Assembly (NCBI GenBank): GCA_965248925.1 | Contig: CBDFLE010000006.1 | Coordinates: 2,848,001 to 2,912,000 of the forward strand | Source of the DNA: Candidatus Multivoradales bacterium | GTDB taxonomy: Bacteria > Acidobacteriota > Thermoanaerobaculia > Multivoradales > J023 | DNA: 64,000 nucleotides | Direction: 5' to 3' | Part shown: positions 39,019 to 49,651 of the stretch, one piece after another | Layout: the number at the start of each line of letters is the position of its first letter | Position numbering within the stretch: the stretch's first letter is position 1 | Translations under genes and position numbers: made by a program | The notes under the pieces: generated by a model | Told to the model about the DNA's origin: nothing | Databases searched by the model: none | The model's input: only the letters and a program-made list of their open reading frames with translations

Positions 39019-39867
39019 TCAGCTGTTGGCCGACCAGTGCTGAGCGCCAATCAACCACAGGCCGGCGAGAAAGACCGGGGTGGCCAGGAGCAGAGCATCG
39101 AGGCGGTCGTAGAGCCCGCCGTGGCCGGGAATGAGCTGTGAGGAGTCTTTGACCCCAGCTCCGCGCTTGAACAAGCTTTCCACTAGATCGCCGACTTGGG
39201 CGACGACAGCGGTTGCCGCCGCCACTGACAGCAATCCCCCGTCGAGACGGTCGAGGCGCCACATTGACCACACGGCAGTCGCGCCCATGGCGGCGAGGAA
39301 GCCTCCCGCGGCTCCTTCCCATGACTTGTTGGGACTGATCCGTGGCGACATCTTGTGGCGACCGATTTTCGAGCCGACGTAGAACGCCATGGTGTCGCTC
39401 AGCCAGACAATCGCCAGCAGTGCCGCGACCAGCCAGGGGTCTTGCCATTGCAAGGCCCCGAGGCAGGCCAGCGGTACCGCGAAGTAGGGCACCGCGAAGG
39501 CAGCCAGGCCGATCGCCAATGCCGCCTCTTCGACTTTGGTGCGCGGTGACAGGCCGACCAAGGCCGCTGCCAGGGTTACCCCGTGAGCGGCGACCACCAG
39601 CCACAGGCTCACTTTGCCGGATTGTGGATAGAAGCGGAATGCACCGTAAAGCAGGGTTCCGGCTAGGGGCACCCACAGCAACAACCAGCCCAGGGGCGCG
39701 CTCGGCGCCCAGTGGCGAGCAATGCGCACGAACTCGTTGGCGGTGGCTGTCAGTAAGATCGCCAGCAGGCCGAAAATCACCACCGAAGGCAGCAGAAACA
39801 CGGCCACCAGACAGAGCGGTGCGGCGATCAGACCGAAGATCAGGCGCTGTTGTCGCGAACTCGTCAC
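39019..39867 (-). CDS. cdsA: Phosphatidate cytidylyltransferase
   Basis: WLSDTMAFYVG, ISPNKSWEG, GDLVES.FKR..GVKDS..IPGHGG..DRLD. Confidence 0.94.
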   Translation of the reverse strand: MTSSRQQRLIFGLIAAPLCLVAVFLLPSVVIFGLLAILLTATANEFVRIARHWAPSAPLGWLLLWVPLAGTLLYGAFRFYPQSGKVSLWLVVAAHGVTLAAALVGLSPRTKVEEAALAIGLAAFAVPYFAVPLACLGALQWQDPWLVAALLAIVWLSDTMAFYVGSKIGRHKMSPRISPNKSWEGAAGGFLAAMGATAVWSMWRLDRLDGGLLSVAAATAVVAQVGDLVESLFKRGAGVKDSSQLIPGHGGLYDRLDALLLATPVFLAGLWLIGAQHWSANS

Positions 39868-39876
39868 GCCGGGTTC

Positions 39877-40686
<810 letters not shown>

Positions 40687-40728
40687 CTCAGAGAGGCGCA
40701 ATGTACCACAGCGAACCCCGCGGACGGT

Positions 40729-41496
40729 TCAAGCTTGCCAACCGTCCAGGGGCGCCCAGCGGCGGTGGTAGAAGACTTGCTCTAGCGACAGCCCCTGGGC
40801 CGGGGCGGTGGGGCCGGCGGCGGTGCGAGGCTGGCCGCTCAGCAGGTGGTCGATCCAGCCCGGCTGCTGCGTTCCGCGACCTACCAACACTATGCTGCCG
40901 ACCAAGCTGCGCACCATGCCGCGGAGGAAGCCGTCGCCAAGGAAACTCAGCCGCACTTCACGTCCGACTTCGTCGACGGTGACCGCGAACAGCCGCCTGA
41001 AGGGCTGGCCGTGGGAACCGCCGGCGAGGGCGAAAGCGGTGAAGTCGTGTCTGCCCACCAACCGCGCCGTCGCGCGCCTCATGGCCGCCACGTCGAGCTG
41101 GCGCGGCGCCAGGGCGACGAAGGGTTCCACTGGCGCCGGCGCGGCGCGACCACGATACAAACGGTAGATGTACTCCTTGCCCAGCGCCGATTTGCGAGCA
41201 TTGAAGTTGGCAGGCATCCGGTGGGCCGCCAGCAGCCGTATGTCCAGAGGTAAATGGTGGTTTGTCGCCAGCACCAGGCCGCGGTAGGGAAAGGTGCGCG
41301 GAAGTCGCAGATGGGCGATCTGGCCGTGAGCATGGACCCCCGCATCGGTGCGGCCCGCGCCGTGGATGCGAATCGGCTCACCGAGGACCTTTGCCAGCGC
41401 TTCTTCGACCACCTGCTGGATCGCTAGAGCGTTGCTCTGTCGCTGCCAGCCGGCGTAGGCCGTGCCGCGGTATGACAGAGTCAGGCGGCAGACCAT
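40729..41496 (-). CDS. truA: tRNA pseudouridine(38-40) synthase
   Basis: Y.GT.YAGWQ.Q, AGRTDAGVHA.GQ, G.HDF..F, GFLRGMVR and TAPAQGL motifs. Confidence 0.94.
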   Translation of the reverse strand: MVCRLTLSYRGTAYAGWQRQSNALAIQQVVEEALAKVLGEPIRIHGAGRTDAGVHAHGQIAHLRLPRTFPYRGLVLATNHHLPLDIRLLAAHRMPANFNARKSALGKEYIYRLYRGRAAPAPVEPFVALAPRQLDVAAMRRATARLVGRHDFTAFALAGGSHGQPFRRLFAVTVDEVGREVRLSFLGDGFLRGMVRSLVGSIVLVGRGTQQPGWIDHLLSGQPRTAAGPTAPAQGLSLEQVFYHRRWAPLDGWQA

Positions 41497-42893
41497 TTGC
41501 TGCCTCGCAGTGAGATGAAGAAGGGTGCCCAGATCACCAGCCAAAGCCAAGGGAAGAGTTCGATCTCGGTGATCTGGGGCAAGTAAGACAGCTGCACCAG
41601 GGCGCTCAATATCAACCAGGCGCGATGTCGCGCCAGCGCCGCCCAAGGCAGCACCCAGAGGAGGTACCAGGGATAGAGAGTCGCTGTGCAAATCAACACC
41701 GCCGCGAAGATCCTGCCGCTGCCCGCCACCAGGCCACTGCCCCACAGGGCGCGGCCGATCAGCCCGAGTAGCAGCAAGGCCAATAACCCCTTGGCCAGCA
41801 GCTGGGGATAGACCCAAGGGTGGAGTCGGGAGATCTGCTGATGGCGACCAGTGAGCCTTTTCAAGCGGTCGAGGCCGTTCTTGATCCGGCGGTCGGCTTC
41901 GATCCGTTCCAGGCCGCGCCACAGCGGCTCGTAGAGCGCTCCGTTGAATTCCCAGGAGACGCCATAGCGCACCAAGCCGGGAGGAATGCCATCGGTCGAA
42001 GCGGCCACCGCTCCGAGAGTGCCCAGAACCGGCAACAGGGCCGCCAGCAGAAAGAGCGCCGGTCGCCGGCTGAGCAGCGCCCACAGGGGTAAGGCCACCA
42101 AAGGGACGAGTTTGGTGAGAACCCCAGCCGCCGCCGCCAGTCCGCTGATCACCGCCGGTCGCGACTGGCTCAGCAGCCAGCCGGTCCCGACGATCGCCAG
42201 AACTCCTAGCCCGTCGATGTGGCCCATGCCGGCGACTTCCATGACAACCAGGGGATTCCAGGCATACCAAGCGGTCCGGCCGCTACCGAGCCCCAGGTTG
42301 GCGGCCAGGCGGATTAGCAGCCAGCAGGCGGTGAGTTCGGCAACACAGAGTAGAATCTTGAGGCTTAGGAGGGGTAGCGGCAATATGCTCGACAATCCAA
42401 ACAAGGCGAGCGCCACCGGCGGGTAGACCGTTTCGACATCTTTGTGCGGCACCGCTCGCCACAGATCGTCGCGAAGCTCTGCCAGCCGAGGACTTTCGGG
42501 AGCTAGCAGATACGGATTGTGACCCGCTGCCAGCACCCTGCCGTCCCAGGTGTAGCGCAGGATGTCGTCGGACAGTGAAGGCGGTAGGGGAATGAGGAGT
42601 AAGCGCAGCAGGGTCGCTATCAGCAGCACTTGGGTGGTGTCCAGGCGGTTTTCGAGCCGGCGGACCGCGCGGAACCAAAGCCCGAAAGCCAGCGCCAGCA
42701 GGCTGAAGGTCAGCCAGGGTGTCCGCGCTAGGTCCCAAACCGCGAGCAACGCCGCGTGAACGGCGATCAGAGGAAAGACAACCTGCCACAGCTCCGCGGC
42801 CGGCAGGATGGAGGAAGCTAGCTTCGATGGAAGTGTTATCGACGTGGTTCGAGCCGCTGGCTGCTTTTCTGGGCTGGTTGGAGAGTTGGGCAT
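41481..42893 (-). CDS. Polytopic GT-C (GT87-like) membrane glycosyltransferase
   Basis: 'LSDDILRY.WDG', 'NPY', 'TVYPP', 'WNPL...E..G.GH.D', 'K..P' and 'PWY' motifs across many TM helices; start uncertain. Confidence 0.7.
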   Translation of the reverse strand: MPNSPTSPEKQPAARTTSITLPSKLASSILPAAELWQVVFPLIAVHAALLAVWDLARTPWLTFSLLALAFGLWFRAVRRLENRLDTTQVLLIATLLRLLLIPLPPSLSDDILRYTWDGRVLAAGHNPYLLAPESPRLAELRDDLWRAVPHKDVETVYPPVALALFGLSSILPLPLLSLKILLCVAELTACWLLIRLAANLGLGSGRTAWYAWNPLVVMEVAGMGHIDGLGVLAIVGTGWLLSQSRPAVISGLAAAAGVLTKLVPLVALPLWALLSRRPALFLLAALLPVLGTLGAVAASTDGIPPGLVRYGVSWEFNGALYEPLWRGLERIEADRRIKNGLDRLKRLTGRHQQISRLHPWVYPQLLAKGLLALLLLGLIGRALWGSGLVAGSGRIFAAVLICTATLYPWYLLWVLPWAALARHRAWLILSALVQLSYLPQITEIELFPWLWLVIWAPFFISLRGSKWSAA

Positions 42894-44383
42894 TGCCGGG
42901 TTCGCTGGTGGCGCCGTGGATTCTTGGTGCCTATTACGTGATCCTGGGGATCCTGGCTTGCTATGGCGTCCACCGCTTGGTGATGGCCTGGGGCTATTGG
43001 CGGACCCGACACTCCACCCCACCACGACCCGCGAACCCCGACCAATGGCCGTTGGTCACTGTTCAGTTGCCGATTTTCAACGAGATGTTCGTCGCCGGCC
43101 GCCTGGTAGACGCGGTCTGCGCCCTAGACTATCCGCGCGATCGCTTAGAGATCCAGGTTCTCGACGACTCTACCGATGAGACCAGTGAGCTGATCGCCGA
43201 GCATGTCGAACGGGCGCGCCTGCAAGGGGTCAATGTGTTGCACTTGCAGCGCCAAGACCGTCGGGGCTACAAGGCGGGGGCGTTGGAGGAAGGGCTGAGC
43301 CAGGCCAGTGGTGAGCTGGTGGCGATTTTCGACGCCGATTTTGTGCCGCCGGCCGACTACCTACGCAACACCGTGCCGTATTTCGCCGATCCGGAGATCG
43401 GCATGGTGCAAGCCCGTTGGGGTCACCTCAACCGCGATTTCTCCTTGCTCACCCGGGTGCAGGCGATCTTTCTCGATGGCCATTTCGTGGTCGAGCACAC
43501 CGCTCGTCACCGGGGTGGCATGTTCTTCAACTTCAATGGCACCGCCGGCATCTGGCGCCGCCAAGCCATCGTTGACGCCGGTGGCTGGGAGCACGACACC
43601 CTGACCGAAGATCTCGATCTCTCCTACCGCTCGCAGCTGGCCGGTTGGCGTTTCCTCTATTTGCCGGAGCTGGTGGTGCCGGCCGAGCTGCCAATCGAGG
43701 TCGCGGCTTACAAGAGTCAGCAGCACCGTTGGGCCAAGGGTTCGGTGCAGACCGGCCGCAAGCTGTTGGGCCGAGTGCTGCGCGCTCCTCTGCCGTGGAA
43801 GGTCAAGCTCGAAGCCTTTGTCCATCTGACCAACAACTGGAGCTACGCCCTGATGGTGGCGCTGTCGTTGTTGGTCTTTCCAGCGATGTATTTGCGCCGC
43901 GGCGATGAGAGCTGGAAGTTGCTGGTCTTCGATCTGCCATTGTTCATGGCGGCAACGGTGTCGGTGTTGATTTTCTACACTGTCAGCCAGATCGGTGTCG
44001 GTGCCGGCTGGCAGCGCCGGCTGTGGCAGCTGCCGGTGCTGATGGGCATGGGGATCGGCTTGGCGGTCAACAACACCCGAGCGGTGCTTGCCGGCTGTTT
44101 CTCGCGCGGCGGGGTCTTTCACCGCACGCCAAAATCGGGCGCCGAGGGAGCCCTCGCCACCACCGATGCGTCGTCGTCGCGCCGCCGCTACCGGCTGGGC
44201 AAGGGGCTGTCGTTCTGGATCGAGGGCTTGCTGGCGCTCTACTTCCTGCTCTCCACCGGGCTCGCCATCGACTTGGGCATGTGGCTCTCCCTACCCTTCC
44301 TCTATCTCTTCTTGCAGGGCTACACCTACATGTTCCTGCTCGGCCTACTGCCGACCCGAGGCGCCGCGGTCGAAGCTTCCTGA
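42827..44383 (+). CDS. GT2 processive glycosyltransferase (cellulose-synthase-like)
   Basis: [28 protein letters not shown] and QQHRWAKG (D,D,D,QxxRW), with flanking TM segments; start uncertain. Confidence 0.88.
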   Translation: MEVLSTWFEPLAAFLGWLESWALPGSLVAPWILGAYYVILGILACYGVHRLVMAWGYWRTRHSTPPRPANPDQWPLVTVQLPIFNEMFVAGRLVDAVCALDYPRDRLEIQVLDDSTDETSELIAEHVERARLQGVNVLHLQRQDRRGYKAGALEEGLSQASGELVAIFDADFVPPADYLRNTVPYFADPEIGMVQARWGHLNRDFSLLTRVQAIFLDGHFVVEHTARHRGGMFFNFNGTAGIWRRQAIVDAGGWEHDTLTEDLDLSYRSQLAGWRFLYLPELVVPAELPIEVAAYKSQQHRWAKGSVQTGRKLLGRVLRAPLPWKVKLEAFVHLTNNWSYALMVALSLLVFPAMYLRRGDESWKLLVFDLPLFMAATVSVLIFYTVSQIGVGAGWQRRLWQLPVLMGMGIGLAVNNTRAVLAGCFSRGGVFHRTPKSGAEGALATTDASSSRRRYRLGKGLSFWIEGLLALYFLLSTGLAIDLGMWLSLPFLYLFLQGYTYMFLLGLLPTRGAAVEAS

Positions 44384-44405
44384 GCCGGCTGGTGCCCCGC
44401 CCGGT

Positions 44406-45326
44406 CTAGTTGACCACCGGATTCTGTTGCAGGCAGAACCCTTTCAGGTTGGCCGAGAACTTGTCGTTGGCCTTGTACTCGGCACGGGAGGAGCCCCCGA
44501 GAAAGCCGTTTTCAGCATTCTTGAAGGTGATCTCAAGAGCACCGCCGACGTTGCCGGGGAGCACCAGGTCCTCGGCTTGGCGCTGGAAGGAGAACTCGTC
44601 GGTCCAGATGGTGAAGCTGTTAATCAGCGCGCCGTCTTCACCATACGCCTCGCCTTCGATCGACGGTGGGTCGTTGACGGTGTCCGCGCCGAAGGGAAGA
44701 TCCTGCATGAAGGTGATTTCAGTACCGCCGGAGAAGCCGCCGCCGAGCAGAAACCGGGAGCGGGTGCGGTAGCAGAAACCACCGGCATTTAAATTGATCG
44801 CCGTACCGCTGGCGGCGAAATCCTGGTTGGTATTGACTTGAAAGAAGTCCACCGAAATTGGCTGGTTGCTCGTGATTATTGCCCAGCCACGGATAAAGCC
44901 ATCGCCGTCGGGCGCCGCTGTGGCATTGCCGTTGAGGTTGATGGCGATCATCTGTCGTGGTGCCAGAATGGGGAGCGCGACGTTTCCTTGAGTGCCTAGC
45001 GAATCGACAAGGTGGAGTACCAAAGTTGGTGTGTCGGCGGCCTGCCCCTCGTTGCGAATGGTCACGAAAGTCGTTTCGCCGAAGGGATTGGTGGAGTCGA
45101 TCTTGAAGTGTCCCAGGATGTAGAAGGTAGAGGGATTCTCTACCTTGGCGTCGTCCATCGGTCGACTGGCGGTGGGCTGGGAGGGGTCAATGGATGTGGC
45201 GTAATGGGGCCGGGCGAGCTCGGATAGGGGCCCGTTGTGCAGTTGGATGATCACCTCGGCGGTCGCAGACGAGGCGAGGGCCAGGGCGAGTAAGGTGCAA
45301 AGGGTGAGGGCCTTGGTTGCTGTCAT
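44406..45326 (-). CDS. Secreted hypothetical beta-rich protein
   Basis: AGGAG RBS, signal peptide (SATA-E), an Asn/Gly/Thr-rich body and two Cys. Confidence 0.7.
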   Translation of the reverse strand: MTATKALTLCTLLALALASSATAEVIIQLHNGPLSELARPHYATSIDPSQPTASRPMDDAKVENPSTFYILGHFKIDSTNPFGETTFVTIRNEGQAADTPTLVLHLVDSLGTQGNVALPILAPRQMIAINLNGNATAAPDGDGFIRGWAIITSNQPISVDFFQVNTNQDFAASGTAINLNAGGFCYRTRSRFLLGGGFSGGTEITFMQDLPFGADTVNDPPSIEGEAYGEDGALINSFTIWTDEFSFQRQAEDLVLPGNVGGALEITFKNAENGFLGGSSRAEYKANDKFSANLKGFCLQQNPVVN

Positions 45327-45453
45327 GCCGAATCTCCTTGAGCGATCGAGTATGGGAAAACACATCCTCTGAATTATAGGCCACCCGGTTGGGCGCGAAG
45401 GGCCAAAAAAGGGCTAGTAGCTTCCGAATTGCGCTGCTCTGTGGGTTGAGACG

Positions 45454-47736
45454 CTAGCGCCGCACCACTTCGAGGTTGGCGTAGCGGGCGATCAACTTAC
45501 GCCGGCCGACGGTCTCGAAGAGGACGATCACCCTCAGGTCGTCACCGCTGCCCTCGAGGTGCATCACTTGGCCGGGGCCGAGGTGAGCGTGGCGAACTCG
45601 TGAACCACGGCGGATCTGGCCGCTAGCGTGGTCGGCCTCGTCGGGATCGAAGCTGCTCACCATGGGCCGTGGAGCGGAGGAGGGGGTCCGCGAGGCGCGC
45701 CTGCCGGCCGCCGTGGCGGATGAGGTTCGGCCGCCAGCGGAATGGCTGAAGAAGTCGTAGACCGCTGAGTTGTTTTCGCGGTGGTCGAGTTCTCGGCTGA
45801 GCTCCTGGTCGAGAAACTCTTCGGGAATCTCGGCCAGGAAGGGCGATTCGTTTTGATCTTGATAGCGGCCGGCGATGCGGCGGCGACGGCAAGCGGTGAG
45901 GACCAGGCGCTTCTCAGCGCGGGTCATGCCGACGTAGAGCAGGCGGCGCTCTTCTTCGAGGTCTTCGTCGCTGGCCTGGGCGTTGAAATGTGGCAACAGG
46001 CCCTCTTCCAAACCGCTGACGGCGCAAACGGCGAATTCCAGCCCCTTGGCGCTGTGCAGGGTCATCAGCGACACGCCGCGCTCTTGCTGCAAGTTGTCGA
46101 GATCGCTCGACAGCGAGACCTGATCGAGAAAGGCGGTCAGCAGATCGTCGTCGTCACTGCCGTAGGCGTTGGCCTCGGTGAATTCCTGGGCGGCAGAGAC
46201 GAATTCCTGGATGTTCTCCAGCCGGGCCTGACTGTCGGCGTCGCGTTTGGCGAACTGTTCGCTGTAGCCGGTGGCCTCGATCACCTGCCGCAGCAAGGCC
46301 GCCAGCGGCAGGCCGTCGGTCTCTTCTGCCAGCTGCAGGATCATGTCGCGGAACTTGAGTAGGGCGTTCTTGCTGCGGGCGGCGATGCCGGGCAGGTCCT
46401 CGTCCAACAGCAGCTGCCAGGGCGAACGCTCGCTGGCTTCGGCGTGGTCGTAGAGCCGATCTTGGGTGGTTTTGCCGATGCCGCGAGCCGGGCGGTTGAG
46501 AATCCGCCCCAGCGAGTGCGGATCATGCAAGTTGCGCAGCAGGCGCAGGTAGGAGATCAGATCTTTGATCTCGGCGCGCTCGTAGAAGCGTACTCCGCCG
46601 ACCAGGGTGTAGGGCATGCGGCGCCGTAGCAGCTCGTCTTCGAGAGCACGGGTCTGGGCGTTGGTGCGGACCAGGATGGCCATGTGCTCGAGTTTGAACT
46701 TGGGCTGCAAGGCGCTCAGGGTGCCGGTCAACCAGCGGGCTTCGTCGCGCTCGTCGGCGGCGCGGTAGAGGGCGATCTTGTCGCCGGCGCCGGCATCGGT
46801 CCACAGTTTCTTGCCCCGCCGCCCGCGGTTGTTGGCGATCAAGGCGCCGGAAGCGTCGAGAATGTTCTGGGTCGAGCGGTAGTTGCGCTCCAGCTTGTAG
46901 ATTCGCGGGTCGCTGAATTTGTTCTCGAAGTGGAGGATGTTCGACAGCTCGGCGCCGCGCCAGCGGTAGATCCCCTGATCCTCGTCGCCGACCGCCATGA
47001 GGTTGCCATCCTTGCCTGCCAGCAGGCTAATCAGCCGTAGCTGAGCATGGTTGGTGTCTTGAAACTCATCGACCAACAAGTAGCGGGCGCGCTGGCGGAT
47101 GCGTTCGCAGAGTTCGCTGTCGCTCTCTAGCAGCTTGACGGTCAGGGAAATCATGTCGTCGAAGTCGACGCCGCTGGCTTGCCGCACTGCTGCTTGATAG
47201 CGTTTGTAGATGCTTGCCACCTTGCGGCGGAAGTAGTCGTTAGCGCGGCGTTCGTATTCGGCCGGTCCGAGCAGCTTGTTCTTCGCTCCGCTGATCGCCG
47301 CCAGCACTGCCTGGGGTCGGAAGGCGCTCTCGTCGACCTCCTCTTTCTTGAGCGCCTTCTTGATCAGCTCTTGTTGGTCGCGGCTGTCGAGAATGACAAA
47401 ATCGTGGCGTAGTCCAACCCGCTCGCCATAGCGCCGCAGCAGACGCAAGGCGTAGCGATGAAAAGTACCAACAAAGGTGTCGAGGGGGTAACGGGCGACC
47501 AGTTCCTCGACCCGCTCGCGCATCTCGCCCGCCGCTTTATTGGTGAAGGTGACAGCGGTAATCTGCCATGGGTCAACCCCGCATTCTCTGATCAGCCAGG
47601 CGATGCGGTAGGTAATCACCCGGGTCTTGCCGGAGCCGGCACCGGCGATCACCAGCTGCGGTCCCTCGCCGTGGACCACTGCGGCATATTGATCCGGATT
47701 GAGCTGGTTTTTGAAATCGATGGCGGTCGTGGGCAT
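45454..47736 (-). CDS. pcrA: ATP-dependent DNA helicase PcrA/UvrD
   Basis: AGAGSGKT, TFTNKAA, DEFQDTN, NYRST, TLHSAKGLEF, EERRLLYVGMTRA and a C-terminal Tudor-like domain. Confidence 0.93.
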   Translation of the reverse strand: MPTTAIDFKNQLNPDQYAAVVHGEGPQLVIAGAGSGKTRVITYRIAWLIRECGVDPWQITAVTFTNKAAGEMRERVEELVARYPLDTFVGTFHRYALRLLRRYGERVGLRHDFVILDSRDQQELIKKALKKEEVDESAFRPQAVLAAISGAKNKLLGPAEYERRANDYFRRKVASIYKRYQAAVRQASGVDFDDMISLTVKLLESDSELCERIRQRARYLLVDEFQDTNHAQLRLISLLAGKDGNLMAVGDEDQGIYRWRGAELSNILHFENKFSDPRIYKLERNYRSTQNILDASGALIANNRGRRGKKLWTDAGAGDKIALYRAADERDEARWLTGTLSALQPKFKLEHMAILVRTNAQTRALEDELLRRRMPYTLVGGVRFYERAEIKDLISYLRLLRNLHDPHSLGRILNRPARGIGKTTQDRLYDHAEASERSPWQLLLDEDLPGIAARSKNALLKFRDMILQLAEETDGLPLAALLRQVIEATGYSEQFAKRDADSQARLENIQEFVSAAQEFTEANAYGSDDDDLLTAFLDQVSLSSDLDNLQQERGVSLMTLHSAKGLEFAVCAVSGLEEGLLPHFNAQASDEDLEEERRLLYVGMTRAEKRLVLTACRRRRIAGRYQDQNESPFLAEIPEEFLDQELSRELDHRENNSAVYDFFSHSAGGRTSSATAAGRRASRTPSSAPRPMVSSFDPDEADHASGQIRRGSRVRHAHLGPGQVMHLEGSGDDLRVIVLFETVGRRKLIARYANLEVVRR

Positions 47737-47795
47737 ATGAAGCTGGGCTCGAAGGGGTAAAGGGTTGCAGGCAGAGGTCGGAGCGGCCAAGCTGG

Positions 47796-49619
47796 CTACT
47801 CGACGGTGACACTCTTGGCCAGGTTGCGCGGTTGGTCCACATCGCATCCGCGACGCACGCCGATGTAATAGGCCAGTAGTTGCAGCGGCACGACGTTGAC
47901 AATCGGCTGCAGCAGCCGGTCGATCCGCGGCACGCGGATGATGTCGTCGGCCAAGTTGCCGAGGTCTTCGGGGTCGCGGTCGGTCAGCGCGATGATCTTG
48001 CCGTCGCGGGCCTTGACCTCGCTCATGTTGGCAATGACCTTGTCGGATACCCGCAGGCCGGTGGCGATGGCCACCACCGGTAGATCTTCGTCGATCAACG
48101 CGATCGGTCCATGCTTCATCTCGCCGGCGGGATAGCCCTCGGCATGAATATAGGAAATTTCCTTCAGTTTCAACGCGCCTTCCAGCGCGATCGGGTAGTT
48201 GACGCCGCGACCCAGATAAAGGAAATCTTCGGCGCGGGCGTAGCGCTTGGCCAGCTCCTGGATGTGGGCCTCCTGCTCGAGGGCCTCGTTCAGTGCCAGC
48301 GGCAAGTGGGCCAGGCCCTCGAGGTGGGCAGCTTCAATCGGTAGGCCGCGAGCTTGCCGCAAGTAGAGGGCTAGCAAGTAGAGGGCTTCGAGCTGAGTGG
48401 TGAACGCCTTGGTGGAGGCGACCCCGATCTCTGGCCCGGCGTGGGTGTGAATCACCCCTTCGCTGATCCGTGTCGCCTGGCTGCCGGCCACATTGCAGAC
48501 CGCCAGCAGGCGGCCGCCCCGCTCTTTGGCGATCTCCATGGCCGACAGAGTGTCGGCGGTCTCGCCGCTCTGGGTGATGCCCACCGCCAGCACGTCGCCA
48601 TCGACGATCGGGTCGCGGTAGCGGTACTCCGAGCCGTAGTCGACCTCGACCGGAATGCGCACCAGGGTCTCGATCATGAATTTGCCGACCAGTGCCGCGT
48701 GCCAGGAGGTCCCGCAAGCCAGCAGGTGCAGGCGCCGGACGTGGGCCAGATCTCGGCTGGCGATACCGCAATCGTCCAACCTGACGGTGCCGCGCTCGAA
48801 GTCGACCCGGCCGGCCAGGGTGTCTTGTATCGCCTGCGGTTGCTCGTGGATCTCTTTGAGCATGAAGTGCTTGTAGCCACCCTTCTCGATCTGTACCAAG
48901 TCCCAATTGAGCCGGTGGGTCTGGCGCTCTACCGGTTGGCCGGCGCCGTCGAGCACTCGCACGCCGTCGGCCTTGAGCTGGGCCAGGTCGCCGTTTTCGA
49001 GGAAGATCACCTCACGGGTGTGGGCGAGCACAGCGGCGGCGTCTGAGGCCAGGAGCTGCTCTCCTTCGCCCAGGCCGAGCAACAGCGGCGGCCCCTGGCG
49101 CACGGCGATGATCTCGCGTTCGGTCGACTCGATGCTGATGGCGGCGAGGGCGTAGAGGCCGTCGAGCTCGGCCACCGTGCGACGCACGGCGGCTTCGAGA
49201 TCGTCCTCCAGATAGGAGGAGATCAAGTTAGCCACCACTTCGGTATCGGTGTCGGTGGAGAATTGCCAACCCTCGGCGAGCAAGCGGCGCTTGAGGGGCA
49301 GGTAGTTCTCGATGATGCCGTTGTGGATCAGCGCCACCCGGCGGCGGCTGTCGAGCACCGGGTGGGCGTTCTTCTCGACCGGCGGGCCATGGGTGGCCCA
49401 GCGGGTGTGGCCCAGGCCGTAGGAGCCGCTGAGTGGAGTCTCCACCAATCGCTGCCGCAGCTCGCTCAGCTTGCCCGCCGCCTTGACCGCGGCCAGCTTG
49501 CCGTCACGAACGACCACCACGCCGGCCGAGTCATAACCCCGGTACTCGAGTCGTTCGAGACCATCCATCAACAAGCGAACCACCTCGCGATGGCCCACGT
49601 AACCGACGATTCCACACAT
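47796..49619 (-). CDS. glmS: Glutamine-fructose-6-phosphate transaminase
   Basis: MCGIVG, LEYRGYDSAG, GHTRWATHG, QSGETADT and PRNLAKSVTVE. Confidence 0.97.
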   Translation of the reverse strand: MCGIVGYVGHREVVRLLMDGLERLEYRGYDSAGVVVVRDGKLAAVKAAGKLSELRQRLVETPLSGSYGLGHTRWATHGPPVEKNAHPVLDSRRRVALIHNGIIENYLPLKRRLLAEGWQFSTDTDTEVVANLISSYLEDDLEAAVRRTVAELDGLYALAAISIESTEREIIAVRQGPPLLLGLGEGEQLLASDAAAVLAHTREVIFLENGDLAQLKADGVRVLDGAGQPVERQTHRLNWDLVQIEKGGYKHFMLKEIHEQPQAIQDTLAGRVDFERGTVRLDDCGIASRDLAHVRRLHLLACGTSWHAALVGKFMIETLVRIPVEVDYGSEYRYRDPIVDGDVLAVGITQSGETADTLSAMEIAKERGGRLLAVCNVAGSQATRISEGVIHTHAGPEIGVASTKAFTTQLEALYLLALYLRQARGLPIEAAHLEGLAHLPLALNEALEQEAHIQELAKRYARAEDFLYLGRGVNYPIALEGALKLKEISYIHAEGYPAGEMKHGPIALIDEDLPVVAIATGLRVSDKVIANMSEVKARDGKIIALTDRDPEDLGNLADDIIRVPRIDRLLQPIVNVVPLQLLAYYIGVRRGCDVDQPRNLAKSVTVE

Positions 49620-49651
49620 ATCGGAAGTCCTCGTAGGGCTGGTCGGCTGCG

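Noticed and set aside
38751-39050. N-terminal 100-aa extension of the transposase ORF and overlapping ORFs 38269-38982 and 38626-38952
   Set aside because: These translate the non-coding repeat array (PFRVPFR, HSGCHSG). The family-like sequence starts at ATG 38750.
41497-42270. Long N-terminal extension of truA, as a possible fusion or frameshift
   Set aside because: It is an off-frame read-through of the GT-C gene typical of high-GC DNA. TruA homology begins at 41496.
49620-49651. glmS ribozyme
   Set aside because: Only 32 bp separate glmU and glmS, leaving no room and showing no motif.
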